Assembly: GCA_965205975.1 (NCBI GenBank)
Contig: OZ242195.1
Location: 2,432,001 to 2,496,000 of the forward strand
Reading direction: 5' to 3'
Length of the DNA: 64,000 bases
Origin: Candidatus Latescibacterota bacterium
Lineage (GTDB): Bacteria > Latescibacterota > UBA2968
Both the position numbers and the translations under genes were made by a program. The notes beneath the pieces are model-generated. The model had not been told where the DNA came from, made no database searches, and saw nothing but the letters and a program-made list of their open reading frames with translations. Within the stretch, counting starts at the first letter, position 1, and each line of letters starts with the position of its first letter. This document shows positions 1-8,827 of the stretch, piece after piece.

Positions 1-2
1 TT

Positions 3-755
3 ATTATTCCCAATCAGCGGCTTTTAGAAATCAGTTCAGAAGATACAACACTGACAGAGGCGTTTCTCATCGCCGATGATATTTTGTTGCAGGCCACGCG
101 AGGTATTTCCGATTTGATCACCATACCCGGCGAGGTGAATCTCGACTTTAATGACGTGCGTACGGTAATGCAAGCCGGTGGTGATGCGCTGATGGGCACA
201 GCCGAGGCTTCGGGCGAAGATCGGGCAATTACAGCAGCTGAAAAAGCATTGAATAGCCCATTGCTCGACAATGTATCTGTTGCAGGTGCCCATGGGGTGC
301 TGGTGAATATTTCGGCCAGCAGTGAACTGAAGCTGTTTGAAATGGATAAAGCTGTGAATCTCATTACCGATGCCGTGGGCCACGAAGCCAATATTATATG
401 GGGCACGGTGCTCGATGATAACCTCGGGGACGAAATGCGCGTCACAGTTATTGCCACGGGCTTTAATACTGGTTCACCGCCGAAGCCAAATGCGAACATT
501 TCCTACTCGAAATTCACGCCCGAACCCCCTGTTAGCACAGATATCCCCGCCTTTATACGCAAAATTGAATCTGAGGATACTGGGCCTGCAGATACAGAGG
601 CAGAAGTCGAGGAAAAAGTCGAGGGAAAACCCGAGAAAACATTCGAGAAAACATTCGAGGAAAAATCCGAGAAAAAATCCAAAATCGACACCATATCCCT
701 AAACGATCTGCAATATCCCACATTTCTTCGCAGACAAAAGCAGCAAGAAGGGTGA
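3..755 (+). CDS. ftsZ: Cell division protein FtsZ (5'-truncated by window edge)
   Basis: Frame is open from position 3 (IIPNQRLL...). Contains NLDFNDV T7 loop, ALNSPLL, RVTVIATG, an acidic linker and the C-terminal peptide YPTFLRR. Confidence 0.97.
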   Translation: MIPNQRLLEISSEDTTLTEAFLIADDILLQATRGISDLITIPGEVNLDFNDVRTVMQAGGDALMGTAEASGEDRAITAAEKALNSPLLDNVSVAGAHGVLVNISASSELKLFEMDKAVNLITDAVGHEANIIWGTVLDDNLGDEMRVTVIATGFNTGSPPKPNANISYSKFTPEPPVSTDIPAFIRKIESEDTGPADTEAEVEEKVEGKPEKTFEKTFEEKSEKKSKIDTISLNDLQYPTFLRRQKQQEG

Positions 756-760
756 AATAA

Positions 761-792
761 GACGTGAGACGTAAGACGCAAGATGACGTAAG
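761..792. repeat. Short degenerate heptamer tandem repeat (GACGTGA/GACGTAA/GACGCAA) after ftsZ
   Basis: Sequence gacgtga gacgtaa gacgcaa gat gacgtaa read directly. Confidence 0.5.
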
Positions 793-808
793 CTCCCCCT
801 TGCGTCTC

Positions 809-1693
809 ATGCCCCCCCCAAAACAAGCATATATCTACGCAATTTCTGCCGTCTTTCTGTGGTCAACAGCAGCCACGGCATTTAAGTTATCTCTGCGCGT
901 TTTAGATCCTATCCAACTTTTGTTCTACGCTGTACTTGCGTCGTCCATTGTTCTGGGCCTAATTATAGTGGTTCAAGGCAAATGGTCGGCGATTTTTTTG
1001 TGTACACGACGGCAGTACTTGCAATCCCTCGGATTGGGGTTACTCAATCCGTGTGCCTACTATCTGGTGTTGCTGCGCGCTTACGAACTGCTGCCTGCGC
1101 AGGAAGCACAACCACTGAATTACACCTGGGCAATAGCACTGGCACTATTGTCCATTCCCCTTTTGAAACAGAAATTGACCCTGTGGGATGTGATTGGCGG
1201 GACAGTGAGTTATGCGGGGGTATTTGTGATTTCTACTCGGGGCGATATAATGGGATTTAGATTTTCCAATCCCCTGGGAGTGGGACTGGCTCTTTCCAGC
1301 AGCTTTTTGTGGGCGCTGTACTGGATCTTCAACAAACGGGATACGCGAGACCCGGTTGTGGGAATGTTTTTGAATTTTGTTTTTGCATTGCCCTTTGTGC
1401 TAACAATCTGCATCGTATTTTCAAATATTCAGATCAATATACAGGGGTTATTCGGCGCTATTTATGTCGGATTATTTGAAATGGGCATCACATTTGTCCT
1501 GTGGTTATCGGCGATGAAGCTGACTACTCACACCGCGCGAATCGGGAATTTAATTTTTTTATCCCCATTCTTATCTCTCGTCTTTATCCACTTTTTGGTG
1601 GGAGAAGATATATTTCCTTCCACTTATGTCGGGCTGACGTTGATCATCGCGGGCTTGATTGTACAACAAAGAAAGCCCGAGAGCGTTGCCTGA
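809..1693 (+). CDS. DMT/EamA-family transporter
   Basis: About 10 hydrophobic helices in two EamA-like halves (LWSTAATAFK, QPLNYTW). Start set at ATG 809 because the ORF-track extension runs through the repeat. Confidence 0.88.
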   Translation: MPPPKQAYIYAISAVFLWSTAATAFKLSLRVLDPIQLLFYAVLASSIVLGLIIVVQGKWSAIFLCTRRQYLQSLGLGLLNPCAYYLVLLRAYELLPAQEAQPLNYTWAIALALLSIPLLKQKLTLWDVIGGTVSYAGVFVISTRGDIMGFRFSNPLGVGLALSSSFLWALYWIFNKRDTRDPVVGMFLNFVFALPFVLTICIVFSNIQINIQGLFGAIYVGLFEMGITFVLWLSAMKLTTHTARIGNLIFLSPFLSLVFIHFLVGEDIFPSTYVGLTLIIAGLIVQQRKPESVA

Positions 1694-1762
1694 ACCGCTT
1701 TACACACCACGCATTTGACATTAGTTTAGTCCGATTCCACAACGATTGATCAAGGAGGGTTT

Positions 1763-3304
1763 ATGTCTCAACGTCCGAATATCCTGATTTTGCACAGTGA
1801 CGAACACAGTTTTCGCTTTTTGTCGGCACGCAGCCGCGAGCGGGGTGGTGAACCCTGTCACACGCCCACCTTGGACGGTTTGATCGCACAAGGCGTCAAT
1901 TTTGACGCGGCCTATTGTCAGATGCCACTGTGTACACCAAGCCGTATTTCGATGCTGACAGGACGGCACGCTCATCGGTGTGGCGCGTGGTCCAATGGGT
2001 CGATTTTAGATCCCGACTTGCCAACTTTTGGCAGTCATTTTCAAGCCAATGGGTATGAAACAGCGGTCGTGGGCAAAACGCATTTGGGCGGATCTTTGCA
2101 ACACGCCGGATTTGGCGCGCGGCCCTATGGCGATTTTGGTGGCCCCTGTTCCCATCAGCCCGACCCATTAAACAAAACAGGAGATGGTTTGCGGACGCGC
2201 ACAGTCGATGCGGGAATCAGCGAGGTACCCGAATCGCTCTTACAAGAAAATATGATTGCGCGCGAGTCGCTTGCGTGGCTGCGCGAACATCGCCATGCCA
2301 ATCCCGACACGCCGTGGCTGGTCTATACGTCATTTAGCCGCCCGCACTTCCCGCTAACTGCGCCGAAGCGGTTTTTCGATCGCTATTATCCCAAAGGGGT
2401 GACCCCTCCCTGGGTGCGCCGCACAGGCGATAGTGCCGACCATCCAATGACAGTGGGCGCAATCAAAGGTTTTCGTACCGAAGAGATTGCCGAAGATGAA
2501 ATGATGAAAGCGCGCGCAGCTTATTTTGCTGCAGTCGATTTTTTGGATGAAATTCTGGGCGATTTTCTGGCCTTACTCGACCGCGATGGATTTTTGGATA
2601 ACACAGTCATTGTATATACATCCGATCACGGAGAACTGGTGGGCGAACACGGGATATGGTGGAAAAATACATGGCACGAAGCCGCCGCCCATGTACCTTT
2701 TATCTTTTCGCTTCCCGAACACCGCAACGGTAGCCTGAACGCGCGAGAAATACGCACACCCGCAAGCCTCGCCGATCTCTTTCCCACACTTTGTGGATTG
2801 GCGGGTCTAAATTGTCCAGATGGAGTAGATGGTGTGGATTTGACAGATGTATTAAAAGGGAAAAGGAGTTCTACTCTCGATGACCGCGCAGGCGTGATTA
2901 CCGAATCGCCAAATCCCCGCTGGGGCAAGGGCACAGAGTTCCGTATGATTCGCTCTAAGCAGTACAAGTATATCGCATTTCGAGATTGTGAAGACCTCGC
3001 CTTCGATATGGAAACCGATCCCGACGAGCAACGCAATTTGCTAAAACATGATCCCGACAATGCCAACTTAAAAGCATTGCGAGAAGCAGTACTGGATGGA
3101 TTTGACTTTGCCGAAGTAGAAGCCCTGCGCGAAAAACAAACCGCTGAATTGCGCGCCAAATATCCAGCGCGGGTTAAAATGCAAACCCCCAATCAAATTC
3201 TGCGGGGCGACGGCAAATTGGTCGAAGTCGATACACCTCTATACGCCCCCAAAGTGATCAGCGATGATCTCGCACGAGACTTTGAAGATTATCCCGGTCA
3301 ATAG
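1763..3304 (+). CDS. Sulfatase (formylglycine-dependent, choline-sulfatase-like)
   Basis: RPNILILHSDEH, CTPSR (CxPxR), GKTH, SDHGE motifs; SD AAGGAGG upstream. Confidence 0.93.
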   Translation: MSQRPNILILHSDEHSFRFLSARSRERGGEPCHTPTLDGLIAQGVNFDAAYCQMPLCTPSRISMLTGRHAHRCGAWSNGSILDPDLPTFGSHFQANGYETAVVGKTHLGGSLQHAGFGARPYGDFGGPCSHQPDPLNKTGDGLRTRTVDAGISEVPESLLQENMIARESLAWLREHRHANPDTPWLVYTSFSRPHFPLTAPKRFFDRYYPKGVTPPWVRRTGDSADHPMTVGAIKGFRTEEIAEDEMMKARAAYFAAVDFLDEILGDFLALLDRDGFLDNTVIVYTSDHGELVGEHGIWWKNTWHEAAAHVPFIFSLPEHRNGSLNAREIRTPASLADLFPTLCGLAGLNCPDGVDGVDLTDVLKGKRSSTLDDRAGVITESPNPRWGKGTEFRMIRSKQYKYIAFRDCEDLAFDMETDPDEQRNLLKHDPDNANLKALREAVLDGFDFAEVEALREKQTAELRAKYPARVKMQTPNQILRGDGKLVEVDTPLYAPKVISDDLARDFEDYPGQ

Positions 3305-3320
3305 AGCGAATAAGTCCGAC

Positions 3321-3355
3321 AAAAAAACCAGACGCTACATAGTGTCTGGTTTTTT
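3321..3355. terminator. Bidirectional intrinsic terminator between sulfatase and LysR
   Basis: aaaaaaaccagacgct-acat-agtgtctggtttttt: hairpin flanked by A and T tracts between convergent genes. Confidence 0.8.
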
Positions 3356-3383
3356 ATTTTTACATCATCCATTTTACATTTTT

Positions 3384-4274
3384 TTACGCCATAACAAGCT
3401 CAGATTGAGATTGCCAGAGCACGGTAACCTGCTCGGTAATCGCGCGAATAAGAGATTCTTCAGCGCGTGATTTGTGGTAGGCAAAATTGAGATCGCAAAA
3501 AAAAGATTCTGTTTCCCGTATGGCAATTTGGTCAGACTTTTCTGCAAGACATTTTTCAATGACCGACATGCCAATACCTCCCTTGATCAATTCCAATCGG
3601 GTAGCATCGTCGCTAATAGACATAACCTTATTACACGTAAGTCCACGTTCGGCAAACATATTGTCTGCGATAGCTTGAAACGGACAGTAATAAGGATCGC
3701 ATATCCAGGGCAGAGTTGCCAGAGCCTCCCAGGTCGCACTTTCAATCTGATCAGCCCAGCGCGCGGGACCAGCAATAACGAGTTCGGTCTTCAATAGGCC
3801 GCGCGTTTCAACTGTATCAGATATAGGATCGCCAAAAATATAGCCAACGTCTAAGGTGCGATCTTCCAGCGCTTCTGTGATACGTTGAGTAACCGAAGAA
3901 ATAAATTCGAACGTGACATGTGGATATTTTGCGGTTGTACTTTTAACAAGCCTTGAAATTTGAAGCCATTCGGGCGGGATATTAATTCCAAATCGCACAC
4001 ATCCTGAAGGCTGGTCGCAAAATGCCCGGGCGCTGCGTGTAAAATCTTCTACAGTGCAAAGTGCGTTTTCAGCTTTTTGTTTCAGAAATTCGCCAGCCTG
4101 GGTAAGGCGCATGCCCCTCGGTGTGCGAATAAACAGTTCGACATTGAGTTCTTCCTCAAGTGCTTTGATATGTGCACTGACCGAGGAAGGTGAGATGAAC
4201 AATTTTTGTGCTGCTCGGGTGAGGTTTTGCTCGCTGGCAACCGCGATAAATGTGCGTAAATGATAAAGTTCCAT
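3384..4274 (-). CDS. LysR-family transcriptional regulator
   Basis: N-terminal HTH (LRTFIAVA...LTRAAQKLFISPSSVSAHIKALEEEL...LFIRTPRGMRLTQAG), 296 aa, divergent from the rhodanese gene. Confidence 0.95.
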   Translation of the reverse strand: MELYHLRTFIAVASEQNLTRAAQKLFISPSSVSAHIKALEEELNVELFIRTPRGMRLTQAGEFLKQKAENALCTVEDFTRSARAFCDQPSGCVRFGINIPPEWLQISRLVKSTTAKYPHVTFEFISSVTQRITEALEDRTLDVGYIFGDPISDTVETRGLLKTELVIAGPARWADQIESATWEALATLPWICDPYYCPFQAIADNMFAERGLTCNKVMSISDDATRLELIKGGIGMSVIEKCLAEKSDQIAIRETESFFCDLNFAYHKSRAEESLIRAITEQVTVLWQSQSELVMA

Positions 4275-4402
4275 TTGTGTTCAGAATTTCTGCATGAAGA
4301 GTTTAGAAAGTGCAAATAGCCGAAAAAATGGATTTTGATTATAATATAAAAATAACACGATATGCGCTTCTTTAATTTTTTACACCTTTCTCGGAGGTTG
4401 CA

Positions 4403-4807
4403 ATGACAGCTTTTTCCCGCGTTTGTGAAACACCACCCGCTTCGCCTGATAAGATACAACAATACTTCTCATATAAGTTGCGATGTGAGACCGATCCGTT
4501 TGATGTGAATGCGGATCTGGAAAATGGGATCGATAGTTTTGAGTTTATTGATGTCCGGGATAAAGAAGCCTATCTCAACGGTCACGCCGCCGGAGCCATT
4601 CACATTGATCACAATGATATGACCGAAGCGCGAATGGCCGAGTTTCCCAAAGACCGCTTGCTCGTGGTGTACTGTTGGGGACCGGGGTGTAACGGCGCGA
4701 CAAAAGCCGCTGTAAAATTGAGTGCCTTAGGATTTTCTGTAAAAGAAATGATCGGCGGGATTACCTATTGGAAAGAGGAAGGATATCCGGTAGTATCAGG
4801 CGTTTAG
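4403..4807 (+). CDS. Rhodanese-like domain protein
   Basis: IDVR...GHAAGA, VVYCWGPGCNGA active-site loop, GGITYW. Confidence 0.92.
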   Translation: MTAFSRVCETPPASPDKIQQYFSYKLRCETDPFDVNADLENGIDSFEFIDVRDKEAYLNGHAAGAIHIDHNDMTEARMAEFPKDRLLVVYCWGPGCNGATKAAVKLSALGFSVKEMIGGITYWKEEGYPVVSGV

Positions 4808-5502
4808 GGCCTGGCCTGAGCTTGTGTAAGCAAGTGATCAAAGATGTGATCGAAGATCGTATTGGGCATTTTTTCGGGATGAAATTGCACACCGATAATG
4901 CGACCATCTGGCGTTTCGATGCCCTCTATGACTCGATCTTCACTGCGGGCACTTATATTGAGTTCTCCGCCAACCGCCTCGAGCCCTTGCAGGTGAAAGC
5001 TATTGGTCGTACATTCGGTCTCGCCCAGAATAGACGAGAGATGGGAATTGGAATCGAGCGAGACCGCGTGATAAACGGGATCTTCGGTGCGCCCGGGTGA
5101 ATGCGGATCGACATCGCATTGTATTTGAATATCGGCATAGATCGTGCCGCCAAATTGAGCATTGATAAATTGCATGCCATAGCAGATGCCCAAAACGGGC
5201 ATCTGTTTTTTTTGCGCGTAATCAAAAGCGCGAATATCATTTTCATAGCGCGTGGGCGCAACTGCGGGCAGGTCTTTGGGCAACTTGCCAACCAGACCCT
5301 GCGTAATGCCGGGACCGCCTGTAATAATCAAGCCGTTGAGCAGGGCGAACAGCGGCGCGAGCGTTTCCTGTTCCTCTGTCATAGGCAGAATAAGAGGACA
5401 ACCACCCGCGCGTTCTACAGCAATCACATACTCGTGATTTAGCGATTGCTGTTTACTTTTCGAAAGAAAGCTGGTCGTGATACCGATTATCGGACGTGAC
5501 AT
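4804..5502 (-). CDS. Peptidase C26 / gamma-glutamyl-GABA hydrolase-family glutamine amidotransferase
   Basis: RPIIGIT, GICYGMQ nucleophile elbow, GVQFHPE. Start set at MSRPII (5502). Confidence 0.9.
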   Translation of the reverse strand: MSRPIIGITTSFLSKSKQQSLNHEYVIAVERAGGCPLILPMTEEQETLAPLFALLNGLIITGGPGITQGLVGKLPKDLPAVAPTRYENDIRAFDYAQKKQMPVLGICYGMQFINAQFGGTIYADIQIQCDVDPHSPGRTEDPVYHAVSLDSNSHLSSILGETECTTNSFHLQGLEAVGGELNISARSEDRVIEGIETPDGRIIGVQFHPEKMPNTIFDHIFDHLLTQAQARP

Positions 5503-5684
5503 TCTAAAAATTGGTAAAAAAAGGGTGTGAAATTGGCAATGCATTTTTCTACCTTGACGGATGCACAAACATGTAGCATTATTGAATTGAGAACAAGGTC
5601 AAAATGTAATGGAGGAACTGCTGATCTCTGCACGCTCATCGGTGAGTAACAAATAAGTCAATATCAAGGTAGGAGAGTAAAATA

Positions 5685-6251
5685 ATGAATGACAACGTAG
5701 AAGTGCTCAATTCGGTCGGGTTGGACGACATGACCCAAAAAGCGATCAAACTGGTGGCTAACGAGATTGAAGAGAAGATTCGGGGAAACTTGCAAAGGGC
5801 GTTACACGAAGCTGCCGTAAAGGAACTGTCTGAAGTCAAATTTAATGTGCAGATGATTGAGAACAAGATCGCGGAAGTAGGGAAACGCCTATTAGCAGAG
5901 CATAACACTCGAATTGACGAAGTAATTTCCAAGCAAGATGAAGTGGCTACCAAACAACTGAATGACAGTGAGGTGATCAAAAGCACGCTTGCTGAAGTTG
6001 AAAAACATTTGCTATCGGAGTATCGCACTCGGATTGACAAAGTGATTGCCAAACAAGACGAAGTGGTTGCCAAGCATCAGGATGTGCGTGAGTTGATCGA
6101 AAGCACATTTGCAGAAGTTGAGAAACGCTTGCTATCAGAGCAACGCACTCGAATTGACGAAGTGGAAGGGAAGTTAGTAAGAACACAGCAGGCATTATTG
6201 GGGCTGATGGTAGTCACACTATTAGCTACCATCACCGGAATTTTTCTTTAG
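5685..6251 (+). CDS. Coiled-coil protein with 40-aa internal repeats and C-terminal transmembrane anchor
   Basis: SD AGGAG; three AEV(G/E)K(R/H)LL.E..TRID(E/K)V units; hydrophobic C-terminus ALLGLMVVTLLATITGIFL. Confidence 0.8.
   Translation: MNDNVEVLNSVGLDDMTQKAIKLVANEIEEKIRGNLQRALHEAAVKELSEVKFNVQMIENKIAEVGKRLLAEHNTRIDEVISKQDEVATKQLNDSEVIKSTLAEVEKHLLSEYRTRIDKVIAKQDEVVAKHQDVRELIESTFAEVEKRLLSEQRTRIDEVEGKLVRTQQALLGLMVVTLLATITGIFL
5871..6164 (+). repeat. 120-bp period tandem repeat (about 2.5 copies) within CDS
   Basis: Units start at 5871, 5991 and 6111 (gc.gaagt.g..aaac...gcta/atta...cactcg.attgac.aagt). Confidence 0.85.
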
Positions 6252-6276
6252 CAATTTAGGGTTGGGAGATTGAAGG

Positions 6277-8799
6277 ATGCGACATAAACTAACTGGCCAT
6301 GATCATGCGGCACTGCTGATCGCCCATATAGCTTGTACCGACAAACAACTGCATAATAGAGAAATAAAGCAACTGGCGACGTTTCTGAAGAATGACGCTT
6401 CGGATGTGGCAACGCAAGAGATCAATAAGATTTTGGTAGAGGCAGATGACGCTATCGACTTGACCTCGGTACTATCTGCGGTTCCTGTCACGGAGCAAAA
6501 GCGTACGCTTGAAATAGCATTCCGCATGGCATACGCTGATGGACATCTCCATCTGGAAGAATCGACTTTGTTGAAGCAGATCGCCGGAAAATGGAACATT
6601 TCGACAGGAGGAATGAAGGCGATTGACGCCAAAGCGCGCTATGGCACCGCACACGAAGATGCAATAGTAAAGAAACCAACTTCGCCAGAGGCAAAGATCG
6701 TACAAACGCTCGACTTATTGTTTTCCAAAGGGTTGCTGAATGCTGTTGCAAAAGCCGACGGTGGCGTGTGGCAGCGCAAACTCAGGCGGCTACGCCATCA
6801 GGTATTATTTGCCGGACCGGAATATGCGGTAGCTGTGCAGCATTGCCGAGCGGTGGCTAAGCACGATTTCAAACGTATAGAGTCTCATCTGAAGCGGATC
6901 CAAAAAATGTTGGAAAACCTACAAACAAATTTTAGCAAGACAATTGTGAAGATGGATACCGGCTCTCAAAAGACAGGCAACGAAAAAAAGAAAGTATTGG
7001 ATTCCCTGCATGGGTTGCGAAACGATTTGTCCACAACACTTGCCGACAACGTGATCAAAACACGAGAGGGCCTCGCGGCAAAGCATCGTGCGCTACAATA
7101 CTTCACTGTGGCATTCATGGGAAAGACAAAAGCTGGCAAGAGTACCTTGCATGCGGTTATTACCGGCCAAGGATGGGATGAGATCGGCACTGGTAAGCAG
7201 CGTAAGACACGTCATAACCGCGTCTATGAGATTGATCATTTGCGGATCATTGATACGCCCGGTATTGGCGCGCCTGAAGCCGATGGGCGCACTGACGAAG
7301 AGATCGCCCTGAGTATTGTTGACGAGGCAGATATAATCTGTTTTGTCGTAACCAACGACAATCAACAAAAAGAAGAGTTTGAATTCTTGCAAACACTGAA
7401 GACAGCGGGCAAGCCGCTGGTGATTCTACTGAACTGGAAGAGTGGGCTAAATAGTTTAAGAAAATTGCGTGAGTTTATTCGCTATGCGGACGAGATTCTT
7501 TCCCCAAAACCAGTAGCTGATCCTCAATCAAAAAATGCCCGCGACGTAAGTGGACATTTGCGACGCATTCGCCGATACGCGTCCGAGTATTACGAGAACG
7601 ACTTCTTCGACATCATTCCAGTTCATTTCTATGCAGCGCAACTTGCCCGCACAGGTGAAAAGCCGGAGTTTGAGAACGAGTTGTACGATGCGAGCAAGGT
7701 AGAAGATTTTCTAAATTGCATTCGGATGGACATCCTTCGTGACGGTGCCATTCACCGATCGCAGACCCTACTTGGATCCACCGCCGGAAGCGTTGAGACC
7801 GTTAGAGATTGGTTAGAGGATAAAGCGACAGAACTCCATGATATGGCGACCGAATTAGAGAAAAGTCGGGACCGTCTTAAAAAAATTATGAGCAAGGCAG
7901 AATCTGAAGCCAAGCGGGAAATACACGGTCACATCAAGTCGTGTTTTCAACAGTTGCGAGAACAAGAGGTGCCGAAATTTGCCGAGCGTCATTATAATAC
8001 AAGATCTGAGCGATTGGGCAAAGAATGGCAGAATTGGTTAAAGAAAAGTAATCAGATCGATGCGTTGCAATCGGAAATACAGGCGACCTACAGCTACTTT
8101 GAGGACAAAGTGCAAGAGGGACTCGAAGAAGTTGGGAAGGATCTCGAAATGATGGCAAGATTGAAAATGGAACGACTAACATTTGACGGCCCCCTGCTGG
8201 AGTCTTCGTGGCAAAACTATGTTCGTATCGGGAGTGGCCTCGTAGGATTGGCTGGAACAATAATAGTATCATTAGCATTAGCCTCGAATCCAATTGGCTG
8301 GGTACTCATGGGTATTGGTGCTATTGGAGGGATTGTTGCAAGTCGTCTTCAATCTAAAGACACAAAGCGCCGTAAGGCTATAGCCAAGATCAGCGACGAG
8401 TTGTGTAAACAACTCAATTCACAGGAAGGTAAGGTGCTGAAGGCGCAAACCAAAGAATTTGAGAAGTACTCAAAAGAAATACGCCAAGATGTGTTTCAAC
8501 ATTTTGCGTTGCTAAATGAGTCTATAAAAGCAATTGGATCCTTATGTAGAACTGGAAAAGATAATCTTGGCAGAGAGATTGATAGCATTAACCGGGCGTA
8601 TGCCTCGCGCGTGCTGCAATGGTTGACACAGGCTCCTCAGTCAGAGATTACCATGGAAGAGCAGGTGATTGCCGTAAATCGACAGTGTGGCAACCGAATG
8701 GAGATTCGCACATCCCTCGTAAAACAGCAAATACGGCCATGGGAAGATGTGCGTCGCGCTTTGCAAGAAGATTTAGAGATTTCTTGGGGTAGCAAATAA
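6277..8799 (+). CDS. Dynamin-like GTPase (LeoB/LeoBC-like) with N-terminal TerB-like domain
   Basis: TerB-like motifs CTDKQLHNRE and ADGHLHLEE; G1 GKTKAGKS, G3 DTPG, G4-like NWKS; long helical stalk; hydrophobic paddle (IGSGLVGLAGTIIVSLALASNPIGWVLMGIGAIGGIV). Confidence 0.8.
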   Translation: MRHKLTGHDHAALLIAHIACTDKQLHNREIKQLATFLKNDASDVATQEINKILVEADDAIDLTSVLSAVPVTEQKRTLEIAFRMAYADGHLHLEESTLLKQIAGKWNISTGGMKAIDAKARYGTAHEDAIVKKPTSPEAKIVQTLDLLFSKGLLNAVAKADGGVWQRKLRRLRHQVLFAGPEYAVAVQHCRAVAKHDFKRIESHLKRIQKMLENLQTNFSKTIVKMDTGSQKTGNEKKKVLDSLHGLRNDLSTTLADNVIKTREGLAAKHRALQYFTVAFMGKTKAGKSTLHAVITGQGWDEIGTGKQRKTRHNRVYEIDHLRIIDTPGIGAPEADGRTDEEIALSIVDEADIICFVVTNDNQQKEEFEFLQTLKTAGKPLVILLNWKSGLNSLRKLREFIRYADEILSPKPVADPQSKNARDVSGHLRRIRRYASEYYENDFFDIIPVHFYAAQLARTGEKPEFENELYDASKVEDFLNCIRMDILRDGAIHRSQTLLGSTAGSVETVRDWLEDKATELHDMATELEKSRDRLKKIMSKAESEAKREIHGHIKSCFQQLREQEVPKFAERHYNTRSERLGKEWQNWLKKSNQIDALQSEIQATYSYFEDKVQEGLEEVGKDLEMMARLKMERLTFDGPLLESSWQNYVRIGSGLVGLAGTIIVSLALASNPIGWVLMGIGAIGGIVASRLQSKDTKRRKAIAKISDELCKQLNSQEGKVLKAQTKEFEKYSKEIRQDVFQHFALLNESIKAIGSLCRTGKDNLGREIDSINRAYASRVLQWLTQAPQSEITMEEQVIAVNRQCGNRMEIRTSLVKQQIRPWEDVRRALQEDLEISWGSK

Positions 8800-8827
8800 A
8801 CTAACACCAAAGGAAGAGGGTAGATCA

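Noticed and set aside
632..680. 12-bp repeats in ftsZ (EKTFEKTFEEKSEKKS)
   Set aside because: Ordinary slippage in the disordered FtsZ linker.
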